A stretch of DNA of 64,000 bases. It comes from the human T2T-CHM13v2.0 reference genome, Homo sapiens. Numbering within the stretch: the stretch's first letter is position 1; each line of letters starts with the position of its first letter. Below the pieces are notes generated by a model. That model made no database searches and was not told where the DNA came from. It worked only from the letters and a program-made list of their open reading frames with translations. Location: the NCBI RefSeq assembly GCF_009914755.1, contig NC_060925.1, one strand, 5' to 3'. Below are positions 10,021-23,197 of this stretch, piece by piece. The position numbers and the translations under genes are program-made.

Positions 10021-13000
10021 TATAAAAGGACATAATCTTGAGCTTGCTTAGGAGAAAGCTTGTCCTGAGACACAAAGTAGGTAAAGAATGCTCTTCAGGT
10101 ATCTTGAAGGATTGACAAAAAAAAAAAAAACACAAAAACTCACTTGCCCATCGGAGTACATGTTTTTGGAAAGCGAAAAGACTCCTAAATTACCAAGAGT
10201 TCCCAATACTGTGTCATACTTTTTATAACAAATAGTGAAGCTCATTTGCTATCAACAATAAGATTATATCAAGTCTTCAGATATAGATTTTCTTGGATGA
10301 GTGAAACAGGCTATTTAATTAAAAACAAATATTTTAAAAACTAACAAAATCTATAGAAAACATGAAGTAATTAGTGCACAAAACCTACATGTGATAAGCC
10401 ACATTCAAACAGACAGAAATAATATAAATACACCTAGAATAATTATAGTCACTGATTCGGATCTTGTTCTTGCATGCATTGTTACACCCTCTTGAATCAA
10501 CATTGAAATGCCAAAAAGTAATATTTTCATAAAAAGACACAAACTTGCTTCACAGGCTAAAAAAACAAAAGAGGTTGATTCTAATTAATTTCTACCATGT
10601 TATTGTTGCAAAGCATAAATCTGCATTTCAGTGTCCATGTTAAAATAAATCTCCTTCTGATAATTCTTGTCCAAAGATTTCTCCTATAATTACATTACAA
10701 AATAAGAATACAACAATGAGAGTATTAAATATTTTTATGGTTCATTTATTAAAGACAGATCTACATCAAGCATAACCTTGATTTAACATACTGACCATTT
10801 TATCACAAATGTTCTTCATCAGATTATGAACATTTTTCCTTCAATAAGTGCATTAGAATGCAGCTCTGAAACATATACTGATTTTTGGTGTGTGTAGATG
10901 GGTGAGATTTGTTTGTCAACTTTTTTCGTTTATAATATACAATAAGAAAAATTATAGCAAAAGCGATTTAATGATATTCTAGGCATATCAGAATTTAAAT
11001 GCATATATATTCACATTATCAATAAAGTTAAATTTTACTCTATGATAAATTTTGTTTCTGTAAATGCATGTCTCCAGCAGTTCCTACTTACTTTCATGTT
11101 TTTTCTACTCCAAATATACCTTCTAGCAAAACCTTAGCCATGAGCCTGAATACAAACAAAACAAAACAAAACAGAATTTTGTTTGTGCATTTTTCTCACC
11201 TAGGAAGAAGCAAGAGACAATCTAGAAAGGAAAAACAAAATCTAGTCATCATCTCTGTTCTGAAAGTAGATAATGCAGTATGACTAGGAAGTTTGTATAA
11301 TTTACTGGTAGGTTTGAAGTTTAGTTGTGTATCTGATATTCAAGTAGTTCTATTTGTGGTTTATTTATTGTTTTAGGTGAATTATGTTCTTTATACAAGT
11401 GTATTTTAGAAAAGATATAATATTGACATTTGGAAATCAAAACTATATTTTATATTAATTTCAGTGGTTTACTGTTTTAAAGAACTATGATGAAACCTGT
11501 CCTAAATCAAGTTAATCTCTTGTAATTCAAATTATTTCTTCCTGGTTTATTTCAGGATTTAGAAACTTGAGTTCTTATAAACCAGGTGCTAACTTTTTTT
11601 CCTTCCTCCATGTTGCCCAGTAAGCTGTTATTTATATTAGTGTATTGTGCAGCACTGTGCTTTTCTATATCATCCAAGTAATACATAGTATTCATTACCT
11701 ACTATACATACTTGTTTCTATTCCTTAAAAATTGAATTTTCTTCTTCTATTTCTGGGAGGAAGGGACAAAGAAACATAATTAGCATAGGTTTGGGGAAAA
11801 TTACATTTATTTAAATATGTTTTATCTTGTTGACATATTTCAAAATCAGTAGGAAAGATAATTTGAAAACTTAGTCACATCGAACCCTCAACTTCCAGAT
11901 GTAAGCTAGAATTAGAGAATGAGGATTAGAAGATAGAAGGAACCCTCCATAAATTTCACTGAATGCCTTTTAATAGGAGTATTCACAGCTACTCCAGGAG
12001 AAGGGTATAAAGGAGGTAATTTATGGGATAGACTAGGGAGATGTGAATAGCATTAGAATGAAGAAGTCCAAATATCAGGAGATGGCTTAGGCTGGGTTGA
12101 TCTATTCACTCGAAGACATATTCTGACCCAAGTAAGAAGCAGAAGTGTGTAAAAGGAGTAATAACACTTGCATCTTAAACAGGCATGCATGTAGACTGAA
12201 AATGACAGGGTTAGAAGCAATGCAAAAGGTCTGTGACAATAGCCTGCGGTCAGGAGAAAGAGAATCCAGGGTTTCTTAAAAGAAAATCCACTAGAGTGAG
12301 GTAGCTGCTCACGGTCAGGAGGAAACCGCAGAAGCAAATACACATAAAATACAATGGATATTGTGAAGCTTGCGTTGCTTCAGATAGACAGCTACATTGA
12401 CACAAGAGTAGAGATTGTGACTGAAGGCAGACTGGACAGCCAAGTAGGCTGACTGGCTGGCCTCTGAGCCAACATCATGATGAACAAGAATTTGGGTCTC
12501 AACTCTATACCAATTAGGATACAAGTCAGCTATATTTGAACATATTCATAGGATGTTTTCCTAAACATGTAAACTCTACCTTCACTCCAAAATTCCTATA
12601 GAAAGCTGCTCTTGTTTGGCCAAGAATATTTCTCTAGTTTTGCCATTTTATCTCCACCCTAACTTTAGACACAGCTGCCCTTCAAGCTACGAAAACTTGA
12701 CTTTGTTCTTGATTTGCTCCTTTGCCTTGCCTTAATTTAGATTTGGTTAGTCAGCTACAGCCTATTCCATGACTGACTCAGAATTCCTAGATGGTGCTTT
12801 CTCTCTTCCCAAGACCCCAAGCCAATAAACTTCAACCCTGAAGTATTACACGTCTGTGCTCAAACCCAGCACTAAATACCACCAGCCCACCCAGTTGCTT
12901 ATTTAAGAAAAAAAAATTGGTGATGGACTTGCTAAGTGGTTAGAATTGGCTCAGTTAAGATTGATCCTAATGTGTAAATACATTACCTAACTACCTAGCA

Positions 13001-13039
13001 AGACTTCAAAAAGCAGGGATGAGAACTTTTGTGGTACAA

Positions 13040-13200
13040 AAAGCTTTACAAACATTATCTCATTTTATCATCAAAACAATACCACAAAGAATTATTGTGT
13101 TGATTTTGCAGCAAGGGAATTGAAACTAAAAGAGAGATAATTGACAGAAGTTGGTGAAGCTAAGTTATGAAGCTGGGTATAAAACTCAGGTTTATTTGAT
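13040..13200 (-). mobile_element. MIR SINE
   Basis: gctttacaaacattatctcattttatcatcaaaacaa ... gattttgcagcaagggaattga. Confidence 0.6.
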
Positions 13201-13924
13201 GTAATTAAATAACCATCTTCTTCTACTTCCCTTTGGATATCAGGTTTCCTCCATTAGTCTCTTTGTTTTAGAATCTGGAAAACAATGAAATAAGTTAACC
13301 TAGCTAGAATAGAGGAATGATCTGGTATGCTCTTGATCTTTATTGTGACCGTGCTATTCTCCATCCTCAAGAAGATGGGAAGTTGAGCAGAATGAAGAAC
13401 TGAGAGGTCGCAACACTTAATGAAACTCTATATAAAGGAAAAAGTGTTCTTGAGCTAACTAAGGCTCGTTCTCCTGTACACCTGAAGAGAAAGCCAGGAA
13501 AATGGAAGTAAATCCATGGTTTCTGAGCTAAAGTTCACCTATTTAGTTCAGGAAGTCGAGAATGTGTAACAGGATGATTAAGAAGAGGCATATGGTTTAT
13601 AAAAAGTGACCTGAGTTTACCAGTTTAAGGCAGAGAATGGAGACTGTCATGTGTCTGATTTGATTAGCAGATAGGTTTTGTTTGACCTGTAGTGATTTAT
13701 TCAATTTTATTTTTTATTAGAATGCCCTTAGGTGGAGTATACGTTCTCCAGTTCACCACAGTTTCCATAATTTTCTATGGTCTTTTCCTGACTACTTAGG
13801 TCATTTGTATTCCCCATGGGCCTAATCATAAAGGCGTTTGAGATTGTACCTCTAGAATGGAGACTAGGTGGGGAAATGAATATAGGTTCAACAAAGAGAC
13901 AGAAAAAAAAGATGAACACTGTAC

Positions 13925-14100
13925 TTCTACTTCCATTTAATCCCCTCAGTAAATTTATGAGGAAATGACTCCCATCATTCTACAGAGGAGGGAACTAAGG
14001 ACCAAAAAAGTTAAATCGTTTTTCTTAAGCACACAGGCTAGAAATATGTGAACAGGGGTCCACCTCAAATCTGTTTAATCCAAAATCAATTTTCTTGGCA
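13925..14100 (-). mobile_element. MIR SINE
   Basis: catttaatcccctcagtaa ... cattctacagaggagggaactaaggg ... cacacaggctagaaa. Confidence 0.65.
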
Positions 14101-14239
14101 ATACACTGTGCTGCCTGCCTGCACCACTGCCATACCTGACCACCTGAGCATAGTTCTTCAATATCAAAGTATGTTTTCTCTGGTGGATACAAAGTTTTTT
14201 TTTTCAATACATTTGCCCAGCAATTTCAAACTCTTTTAG

Positions 14240-14315
14240 CAGTGATTCTCAAATCTTATGCTGCATAAATATCACCTAGAAAGCTTGTGAAAAATGCAGA
14301 TTCACCACCTGATCA
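14240..14315. mobile_element. MER5-type hAT fragment
   Basis: cagtgattctcaaa ... atcacctagaaagcttgtgaaaaatgcagattc. Confidence 0.6.
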
Positions 14316-14949
14316 CACTTAGAGAAACTGTGATATAAAAGTTGAGGCATTATTATAATGGAGTGAAGCATCATCATAGACATAATGAAACTGTGGGAAA
14401 ATTTACCATGCATCTTAATGCCAGCCCATTTTCTATATGCAGCTAATATTTCCAAACTTCTAATGGGATATATAAGCGATGTTAAGTTCAGTGAACCCAG
14501 GATTCTTGATTCAGCAGTACATTATGCTATTTTACAACTCCCTCTATTTAGGTGAATTATTTTGTTAGTATATATAATTGTAAATTAAGTCAGTGAGAAT
14601 TATACTCAAATGCTTTAGAACCAATAGAAATACAATCATTGGAAGAGTTAAAAACATAAGCCAGATTTTACCTTTTACTGGTTTTAATGAGAGAAGTATG
14701 TGTGGTCATATCAAGTTAGCATATATTGTTACATAAGTCTAGGTAATAACAAATTTATTAGAACACGTGCAATTGAGTCTTGTTCGTAAAAGTACTCTCT
14801 CACTTAAAGTCTGACACACAGTGGAATTTCTATACATTTTTGTTGAATGAATGCATAAAAGTATGGAACTAAAAAGGCCATGAACTTATCGAATATTTTG
14901 TCAACAACAAACATTTGGGGACCCTCTTTTTAAAGTTTATTTTTGTGCC

Positions 14950-15260
14950 AGTTAATAAATCCATTCCAGAAAACATTTTACACCAAAGGATTATCCACCA
15001 GCTTGCCTGGTTCATCACACATGATTTAAAATAACTTTGGGCAATTTCCAAAAGTTATTCCTACATTTAAACAAGAAAACTTGTGTGTGTGGTGGGGCGG
15101 GGGGTGTAAAATCCACCCATCTCTAAGTGTAAAGTTAAGAGATGAGTATTCCTAAAACCTTTTAAGCAACTAAGTCAAAATTTTAATTTTATAACATTTC
15201 AAAGAGATTATTTTTTAAAAGGACAATACTCATTTTAAATACAAGTTCTGATTATTTCTT
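14950..15260 (+). mobile_element. Mariner (MARNA-like) DNA transposon relic
   Basis: aataactttgggcaatttccaaaa resembles the mariner DFWLFPK-coding segment. ttaaaaggacaatactcattttaaatacaagttctg resembles the MARNA 3' part as I recall it. Confidence 0.5.
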
Positions 15261-15289
15261 TGGGTTTCTGGGACCCATGTGATCCTATT

Positions 15290-16450
15290 CAAGGCTAATC
15301 ATTCTTCATGTGCTTTTATCTCTGCTAGAATCCTGCTCTATCAGCAATTCTTCCTCCTAAAGCTGTTCCTTCTTTCTGACTACTCACCTACAGATTCCCT
15401 CTTTATCTGCCTTTTTCCCATCTTAGCCAACATCCTTGATGAAAGGGTCTATAGACATTGTATCCATGTTCTTACCTCCTTTCACACTGCAAGCAGCCAG
15501 TCTCAGTTTATTTACACTGTCTATTGACAAAGTCAATGGACTTTGCAATCCTTATTCTACTTGACTGCTCTCTTGCATTTGACCCTTCTGACATTTCACC
15601 TCCCTTGGTTTCAGTGACACTGGTTACACCTGTTTCTCCTGCCACCTGTTTGACCTCTCTTCTCTGTTTCCTTCTTGCTCCTTTTACTCCAATTTCCACT
15701 AAGCCACACTATTCCCCAAGAGGATGTCCTTTACTTTTTCTCTTTTCACTATACACTCCCCTACGTTACTTTGTCCTAGTGGCTTCCAAATCTGTATCTG
15801 AACACTCAATTTCTTCCTTGAACTCCATACACATTTGTAGAGTGGACACTAGATATGTTCACCTGGATGTACAATGGGCATCTCAGAACAAAATTGGACT
15901 CTGTCTTCTTTCGCTTTACACTCTGCTTTGCCATAAATAATCTTTTTTGTCAGGAAGCAGTATTACTAATCGCCAAGCAGCCTAAATCCAGTAAAGGATA
16001 GACTATATCCCCTTTAGAAACCTCTTTGATACCCTCTTGTTCATAATTAATCTAAACTTGGGTTGCTTTTGTGTCCTTGACATATCCCATACCAAAATCC
16101 TCTCCTCTATCTCCTCTAACACGACCAGGAGGTGAAAAATAATGAGAACGTAAAGTCAAGCAGTAGCAAGTCTTTTCTTCCCCCACAATCCCCAGCACCC
16201 TGCCACCTTCTTCCCTCCATTGTGAAATCTTTTCTGATTACCAGCTTCCTACAATTCCTATGGTAGAATTTACTGCCTTCTGCTTTGTGTTTCCCTAAAC
16301 AATTTACAAACCCCTATCTCTGTAGATTTTGTTTACATATTTGTTTGTCTTGTTGGGATTATAATCTTTGAGTAAAAAGTCACATTTTATATTTTCTCTA
16401 TGCCTACCACAGAACACAAGACATTTAATACATGTTAATTAAGTGAATGT
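15290..16450 (+). mobile_element. L2 LINE
   Basis: cttattctacttgactgctctcttgcatttgac, cttggtttcagtgacac, cacctggatgtacaatgggcatctca, and an L2-like tail catttaatacatgttaattaagtgaatg. Confidence 0.8.
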
Positions 16451-17242
16451 GAGAAACAATGATTTTGTTGAAGATTAAAAAGTAGAATTTGGAATAAGGT
16501 ACAAAAGTATAATTAATAATCAAATAAGCACTCAGTCTAGTTGCTAATGTTTGTTGAACACTCAGTATGTGCCATGAATACTGTACATAGGAGCTAGGCT
16601 GGGGAGTGATTCACTGCATCTCTGCAACCAGAATAACTACTCAAACAATTTTAGGGACAAATGCAACGTCAAAAATAAAATACATAAATACATAGAAAAG
16701 ATGTTTTAGTGAGTTTTATATCTAAAATTTGCTTCTTGAAAATAAAGGATTATTCATTTCAATAAAATAATAACCAAAACTTTTCCCAGAACCTAATTTT
16801 CTTGATATTAATGCTTACTTCATTTGACAGATCTCCCCTTCATTTCATATTCTGACAAAAGAAATAATGATTTTACATTTCTTTCAAAAAGATTCATGTT
16901 ATTTAAACTTTACTTGAGTATCATTCAAGTGAAATATTTTTTAAAGTGATAAAGCTCAGTGTGTTCAACAATTTACTACTATAAGGAATATTTAAGGTAT
17001 AAATTACAGTAATAAGCAATTCTACTGAACATAATGATGTTTTTTAAAAAGAATCTAGGAAGACTTCTGGTTCCAGAAAAGGTGAAATAAGTACACCCCA
17101 CTCAATTTCTTCTGCTAATTAGAACTAACATTCTAGACAAAATCCAAATGGCAACTATCAGAAGACTGAAAAGTGAAGAGAAGAAGGCAGGTTGGGTAGG
17201 GATTGGTGGTGAGTTCTCTGGCTTGTTTTGTTTTGTTTGGCC

Positions 17243-17625
17243 TTTGCTTAATCCATTCAGGCTGCTATAACAAAATACTGTAAAATGGATAGCTTATAAA
17301 GTACAGAAGTTTATTTCTCACAGTTCTAGAGGCTGGAAAATCAAAGAGCAAGGTGCTGGCAGGTTCAGTGTCTGGCAAGAGACCACTTCCTCATGGATGC
17401 ACCTTCTCCCTGTGTCCTCACTTGATAGAACCAGGAAATGAGCTCCCTTGGATCTATTTTATACGACATTAAGCCCATTTATGAGGGCTTTGTGATCATG
17501 ATCTAATAACCTCATAAAAGATCTCACCTCCTGTTGTCATCATCTTGGAGGTTAGGATTTCAACACATGAATTTGCGGAGGGGATGGGAGGGTGGAGGAG
17601 AACACAAATATTCAGATGATAATAC
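17243..17625 (-). mobile_element. MLT1A/MST-type MaLR solo LTR nested in L1
   Basis: cttaatccattcaggctgctataacaaaatac ... tttatttctcacagttctagaggctgg ... ggttaggatttcaacacatgaattt. Confidence 0.85.
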
Positions 17626-18121
17626 TACTTATATAGTCTGACTTGAGTTCTAGAGAAGCCCCAAATCAGAAAAGGCCAAAGGTCAAAGGCAAAAAAGTTT
17701 CCAAGAAAAGCGTGCTCTCTCTAGCCAAAGGACCAGGAAAAAGGCATTCCTGTAGAACAGAATTATTTTGACTGAACCTGCCATACTCCAGGTGAATACC
17801 ATGAAAGGTTTACCTGTGCCATTTACCCTACCCATCAGACATTGCAGTCACAGAGACTGCTGGGCGAAGCCTATTGATAATTCCCACTTTGCACTAATAG
17901 GGCAGTATTCCTGTCCTTTATTCTTGGGTTCTATGGTCACAGAGAGTATGGGATGATGCCCTATTGATTGAACATTTAAAATTAAATTAAATATAAATGG
18001 TCTAATCATATAAATAAGACAGAGATTGGCAGAATGGGTATAAAAACATATCTCCACTATACATTGCTTACAAGAAATTCATTTCATATATAATTACAGG
18101 TAAATTAAAAGTAAAGGGATG

Positions 18122-18422
18122 GGCCAGGCATGGTGGCTCACTCCTGTAATGCCAGCACTTTGGGAGGCTGAGACAGGCAGATCATCTGACGTCAGGAGTT
18201 TGAGACCAGCTTGGCCAACACGGCAAAACACCATTTCTACTAAAAAATACAAAAATTAGCCAGTGTGGTAACATGTACCTGCAGTCCCAGCTACTCATGA
18301 GGCTGAGGCAGGAGAACCACTTGAACTCGGGAGGTGGAGGTTGCAGTGAGCCAAGATCACGCCACTGCACTTTAGCCTGGATGACAGAGCAAGACTCTGT
18401 CTCAAAAAAAAAAAAAAAAAAA
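18122..18422 (+). mobile_element. AluS (Sx-like), full length
   Basis: Dimeric Alu from ggccaggcatggtggctcac to an A19 tail. Flanks aaaagtaaagggatg / aaaagtaagaatg. Confidence 0.95.
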
Positions 18423-18437
18423 GTAAAAGTAAGAATG

Positions 18438-18554
18438 CAGGTGGAAGGATTACATAAGACTAGGAATTCAAAGCTGTAGTGAGTTAGCTATGATTGTACC
18501 ACTTCACTCCAGCCTGGGCAACAGAGTGAGACCCTGTCTCAAAAAAAAAAAAAA
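18438..18554 (+). mobile_element. 5'-truncated AluJ/FRAM right-arm fragment
   Basis: ggaattcaaagctgtagtgag ... ctatgattgtaccacttcactccagcctgggcaacagagtgagaccctgtctc followed by A14. Confidence 0.9.
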
Positions 18555-18861
18555 GTGAAAGAATGGAAAAAGATAAAAAGATATGCTTGCCAACACTAAT
18601 CAAAAGGAAGCTTGCATGGCTATATAAATCTTAGACAAAGTAGACTTCAGAGCAAAGGAAATTAGCAGGCACAAAGATCATTACATGATTATAAAATGGT
18701 CAATTTACCAAGAAGATATAATAATCCTCCATATGTATGCACCAGCAATAGAGTTTTAAAATATATGAAGTGAAACTGACAATATTGAAAGGAAAACTAA
18801 TTACTACAGTTGGGGATGTGAATACCCCTTTCTCAGTAATTGATAAAATCACTAGTCATAT

Positions 18862-19136
18862 AGCTGGGCGCAGTGGCTCATGCCTGTAATCCCAGCACTT
18901 TTGGAGGCTGAGGCGGGTGGATCACCTGAGGTCGGGAGTTCAATACCAGTCTCTACTAAAAATACAAAAATTAGCCGGGGGTGGTGGCAGGCACTTGTAA
19001 TCCTAGCTACTCAGGAGGCTGAGGCAGGAGAATCGCTTTGGAGGCGGAGGCTGCGGTGAGCCGAGGTCGCACTACTGCACTCCAGCTTGGGCGATAAGAG
19101 CAAAACTCTGTCTCAAAAAAAAAAAGAAAAGAAAAG
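18862..19136 (+). mobile_element. AluS (Sp/Sq-like) with internal deletions
   Basis: gaggtcgggagttc and gataagagcaaaactc diagnostics; ~25 bp missing after accag. Imperfect TSD aatcactagtcata / aatcaccagacata. Confidence 0.9.
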
Positions 19137-19509
19137 AATCACCAGACATAAAATCAGCATGTATGTAGAAGGACTGAACAACACCAACAACTACTGGGAC
19201 CCAATAAATATTTATAGAATACATTAACCTACAAGAACAAAATGCACCTTCTTTTCAAGCAAACTTGAAACATTCACCAAGGTAGATGACATCATCAAGG
19301 TAGATGACATCATTATAACAAACGCTAACAAATTTTACAAAATTGAAATTCTATAAAATATGTTCTCTGGCCATAATGAAGTCAAACTGGATATGAAAAA
19401 CAGAAAATGCCAGGTGTGTTTTTTATGCACTTGGAAATTAGACAACATGCTACTAGATATCCATGGGTCAAAGAAGCTGTCTCATGTGAAACTTAAAAAT
19501 ATAACAGAG

Positions 19510-19967
19510 TAAGTATATGAAAAGATGTTCAACATCATATGTCATTAGGAAATTGCAAATTAAAACAACAATGAGATACCACTACACACATATTAGAATT
19601 GCAAAAATTCAAAACACTGACAGCACCAAATGCTGGTAAGTATGTGGGGCAACAAGAACTTTTATTCATTGCTGGAGTAAATGCAAATGATACCGCCACT
19701 TTGGAAAACAATTTAGTAGTTTCCTATAAAACTAAACATACTGGTACCATATGATCCAGCAATAGCATTCTCTAGTATTTACCCAAATGAATTGAAAACT
19801 TACGTTCACACAAAAGCCTGCACATGGATATTTATGGTAGCTTTATTGATAATTGCCAAAACTTGGAAGCAACCAAGATGTCCTTCAGTATATGGATGGA
19901 TAAATAAACTGTGGTATATCCAGTCAATGGATATTATTCAGTGCTAAAAAAGAAATGAGCTATCAAG

Positions 19968-20019
<52 letters not shown>

Positions 20020-20520
20020 GCATGGAGGAAACTTGAATTCATATTACTAAGTAAAAGAAGCCAATCTGAAAGTGCTATATACTCAGGATTCTGACTTTAT
20101 GACACTCTGGAAAAGGCAAAACTATGGAAACAATAAAAATATCAGTGATTGCCAGAATTAGTGGGAGAAAATGATAAAAGAGTAAGAGCACAGATGATTT
20201 TCAGGGCAGTGAAAATTGTCTTTATGATGTTATATGGTAGATATATGTCATTATGCATTTGTCAAAATCCACAGAGTTTACCACACCAAGAGTGAACTCT
20301 AATGTAAACTATAGACTTTGGGTGATGATGTGTCAATATAGTTTCATTGAATATAACAAACGTACTACATTCTAGTGTAGGATGTTGATGGGGCTAGGGG
20401 AACACTGTGTGTATGTGGAGCCAGAGGAGTATATGGAAAATTAATGTACCTTCTGCTTAATTTTACTGTGAATCCAGAAGTGTTTTAAAGCATAAAGTCT
20501 ATTTTAAAAAATAAAAATAA
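19510..20520 (+). mobile_element. L1MC1-like 3' end nested in the older L1
   Basis: aaagatgttcaacatcatatgtcattaggaaattgcaaattaaaacaacaatgagataccactacac ... gagtgaactctaatgtaaactatagactttggg ... A-rich tail. (CA)n at 19969-20018. Confidence 0.85.
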
Positions 20521-21115
20521 AAACAATAAAGGTAGTTTTCTAATTAATCAGAAAAAATCCAATTTAATCAACCTAAAGCAGAAACATGTAAGTAATAAAA
20601 ACAGAGGCTGAAATTAATACAAGAAAAACTTAATTAGAAAAAATAGATAACTATAAAGTATAGTTTTCTTAAAAGAGCAATAAGTTATTTTAGGTAACCC
20701 CCTCATGCATTTGATTAAGGAGAAAAAAGAGTGAAAACTATGCACAATCAGGAATGAGTAAAGAAATACAATAATAGATTTAAAGAGTAGTTACCCCAAA
20801 AAAACTACATGCAACTATAACAGTAATTATAAAATCTAGATGAAATGGATAGTTCCTTAGTAAAATATAAATTACCAAAATTTAACTAAGGAAAAATCTA
20901 AAACCTTGAATCAATTGTTTACCATAGAAATGATTGAAAATATAATTAAAAATCTATTATTATATAAGATATTAGAATCAGATGGGTTCACAGCTGAATT
21001 CTACATCACTCATAAAAAACAGATAATTTTAATATTATTTAAACTAACCTGCATAAAGAGAAGAAAAGTTTTTCATTTAATTTTATGAGTCTCCCTAAAG
21101 TTAATACCATCTGAA

Positions 21116-21116
21116 T

Positions 21117-21148
<32 letters not shown>

Positions 21149-21190
21149 CACACACACACATAGACATACACACACACACACATATATGTA
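21116..21190. repeat. (TA)n(CA)n compound microsatellite
   Basis: Direct reading. Confidence 0.9.
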
Positions 21191-21936
21191 TAAAGACTAG
21201 TGGTTGCTAGGGGTTAGAAGGAAGGAGGGATTAAATGGCAGGGCACAGGGATATTTAGGGCAGTGAAACTATTCTGTATAATACTATATTGGTGGATACG
21301 TGTCATTTTTAAAAAGCAAAAACAATTGAAGTAAATGAAAATGAAAATACAAAATATCAAAGTCTGTGGGATGCAGCTAAAGCAGTGCTTAGAAAGAAAT
21401 TTTTGCTCTAAAAATGCTTGTATTTTAAAAAACATAAAGTTCTTAAATCAATCATCTAAGCTTCTACCTCAAGAAATGAAAAAGAACAAAATAAAACCAA
21501 AATAAGCAAAACAAATTTAAAACAAGAAACCAATTAAATTGAAAACAGAAAACAATAGAGAAAAATCAAAGAAAACAAAATTTGTTCTTTGAAATGATTA
21601 ATAAAGTAATAAACTTCTAGAGCAACTAAAATAGAAAAAAATGAGAGAAGCTACAAAGGTATTACCAATATCAGAAATAAAAAGGGGGTATCATTATAGG
21701 CCCTACAGACATTAACAAATTATAGGGAAATATTATGAACAACTCAGTATGTATTAACTGAACAATTTAGATGAAATAGACCAATTCATTGAAAGCCACA
21801 AACTACCAGCTCAATTTCACAGAAATTTAGTCCAGATGGCAAATACATTCGAAACAAGTATGGCTTAGAACACTTGTTTACCTATCTACGTTCTACATTT
21901 TCTTAGACCTAGATTTTTGCCAAATTATCTCTCAAT

Positions 21937-21938
<2 letters not shown>

Positions 21939-21967
<29 letters not shown>
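21939..21967. repeat. (TG)n microsatellite
   Basis: Direct reading. Confidence 0.9.
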
Positions 21968-21970
<3 letters not shown>

Positions 21971-22738
21971 AAGATGCTTTTATTCTATGTCATCCAGAAT
22001 TTTTAGTTGGTCTTTATAGAAGATTATTTCAATAACTTGTTCTGCCATTAACAGATGTTGTATCTGCTTGAGCATGCACTTGACTCTATTGTGGATTCCT
22101 TAATTCAATAAAGGCAGACACTATGTTATGTTTGTCTATAAACCAGGGGGTTAACAAAATGTCCTGAATACATTGAATAGAGGGGATTATAAGTTTGAAC
22201 TTCTTTTTGATGCTATTGTTGTAAATTCTTTAATTGCCTTCCCAAAATATTGTCCGAATTTACATTTTAACTAGAAGTTGTAGAGTTACTTGTAATTGCG
22301 TTTGATCCAGCACCAGGTCTTATCATTATTTGGAAATTGTTCCTAATCTGATAGGAGGAAATAATATTTCATTTTTAAAATATTTATTTCATTAACAGTC
22401 ATGTTGAACTATTTTTCTTACATTCTTTGCTCATTTATTCTTTGAAAAGCTTATTTATATATTTTATAAAGAGATATGCTAAAATCATGTCAAAACATTA
22501 AGAAGAAAATAAAAAAGCAAAAGATGAATAGAGAAACAATATTTACAATATATTTGACAGAGGGTAAATGCCATTAATATACAGTGTTCTTATCAACCAA
22601 TAAGATAATGATGCACAAATTAATGGGGAAAAATTGGCCAGAAATATAAAAGCCTGTTTTTAGAAAAATAAATGCAATTTATAAGTGAATATATTTAAAA
22701 TTAACAGGAAAATACTATCGAGACAGAAATTTTCTCTC

Positions 22739-23197
<459 letters not shown>

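Larger units (their letters stand above)
17061..21810 (+). mobile_element. Old L1 (L1MD-like) 5' UTR and ORF2 segments, interrupted by several nested insertions
   Basis: 5' end agacttctggttcc ... gaagactgaaaagtgaagagaagaaggcag. ORF2 endonuclease region (aaatggtctaa ... acagagattggcagaatgg, gacaaagtagacttcagagc). ORF2 resumes at ~21315 (aaatgaaaatacaaaatatcaaagtctgtgggatgcagctaaagcagtgcttaga). Confidence 0.8.

Noticed and set aside
11900-12600. Purine-rich stretch that might be an ancient LTR
   Set aside because: I could not identify termini, a TSD or a family motif, so I left it unannotated.
15279-15940. Longest ORF (160 aa) and overlapping ORFs
   Set aside because: They lie within a decayed L2 and lack splice or promoter context. 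At best they are fossil L2 ORF2.
17576-17600. G-quadruplex candidate in the MLT1A LTR
   Set aside because: Only three runs of G3 or longer; imperfect and common.
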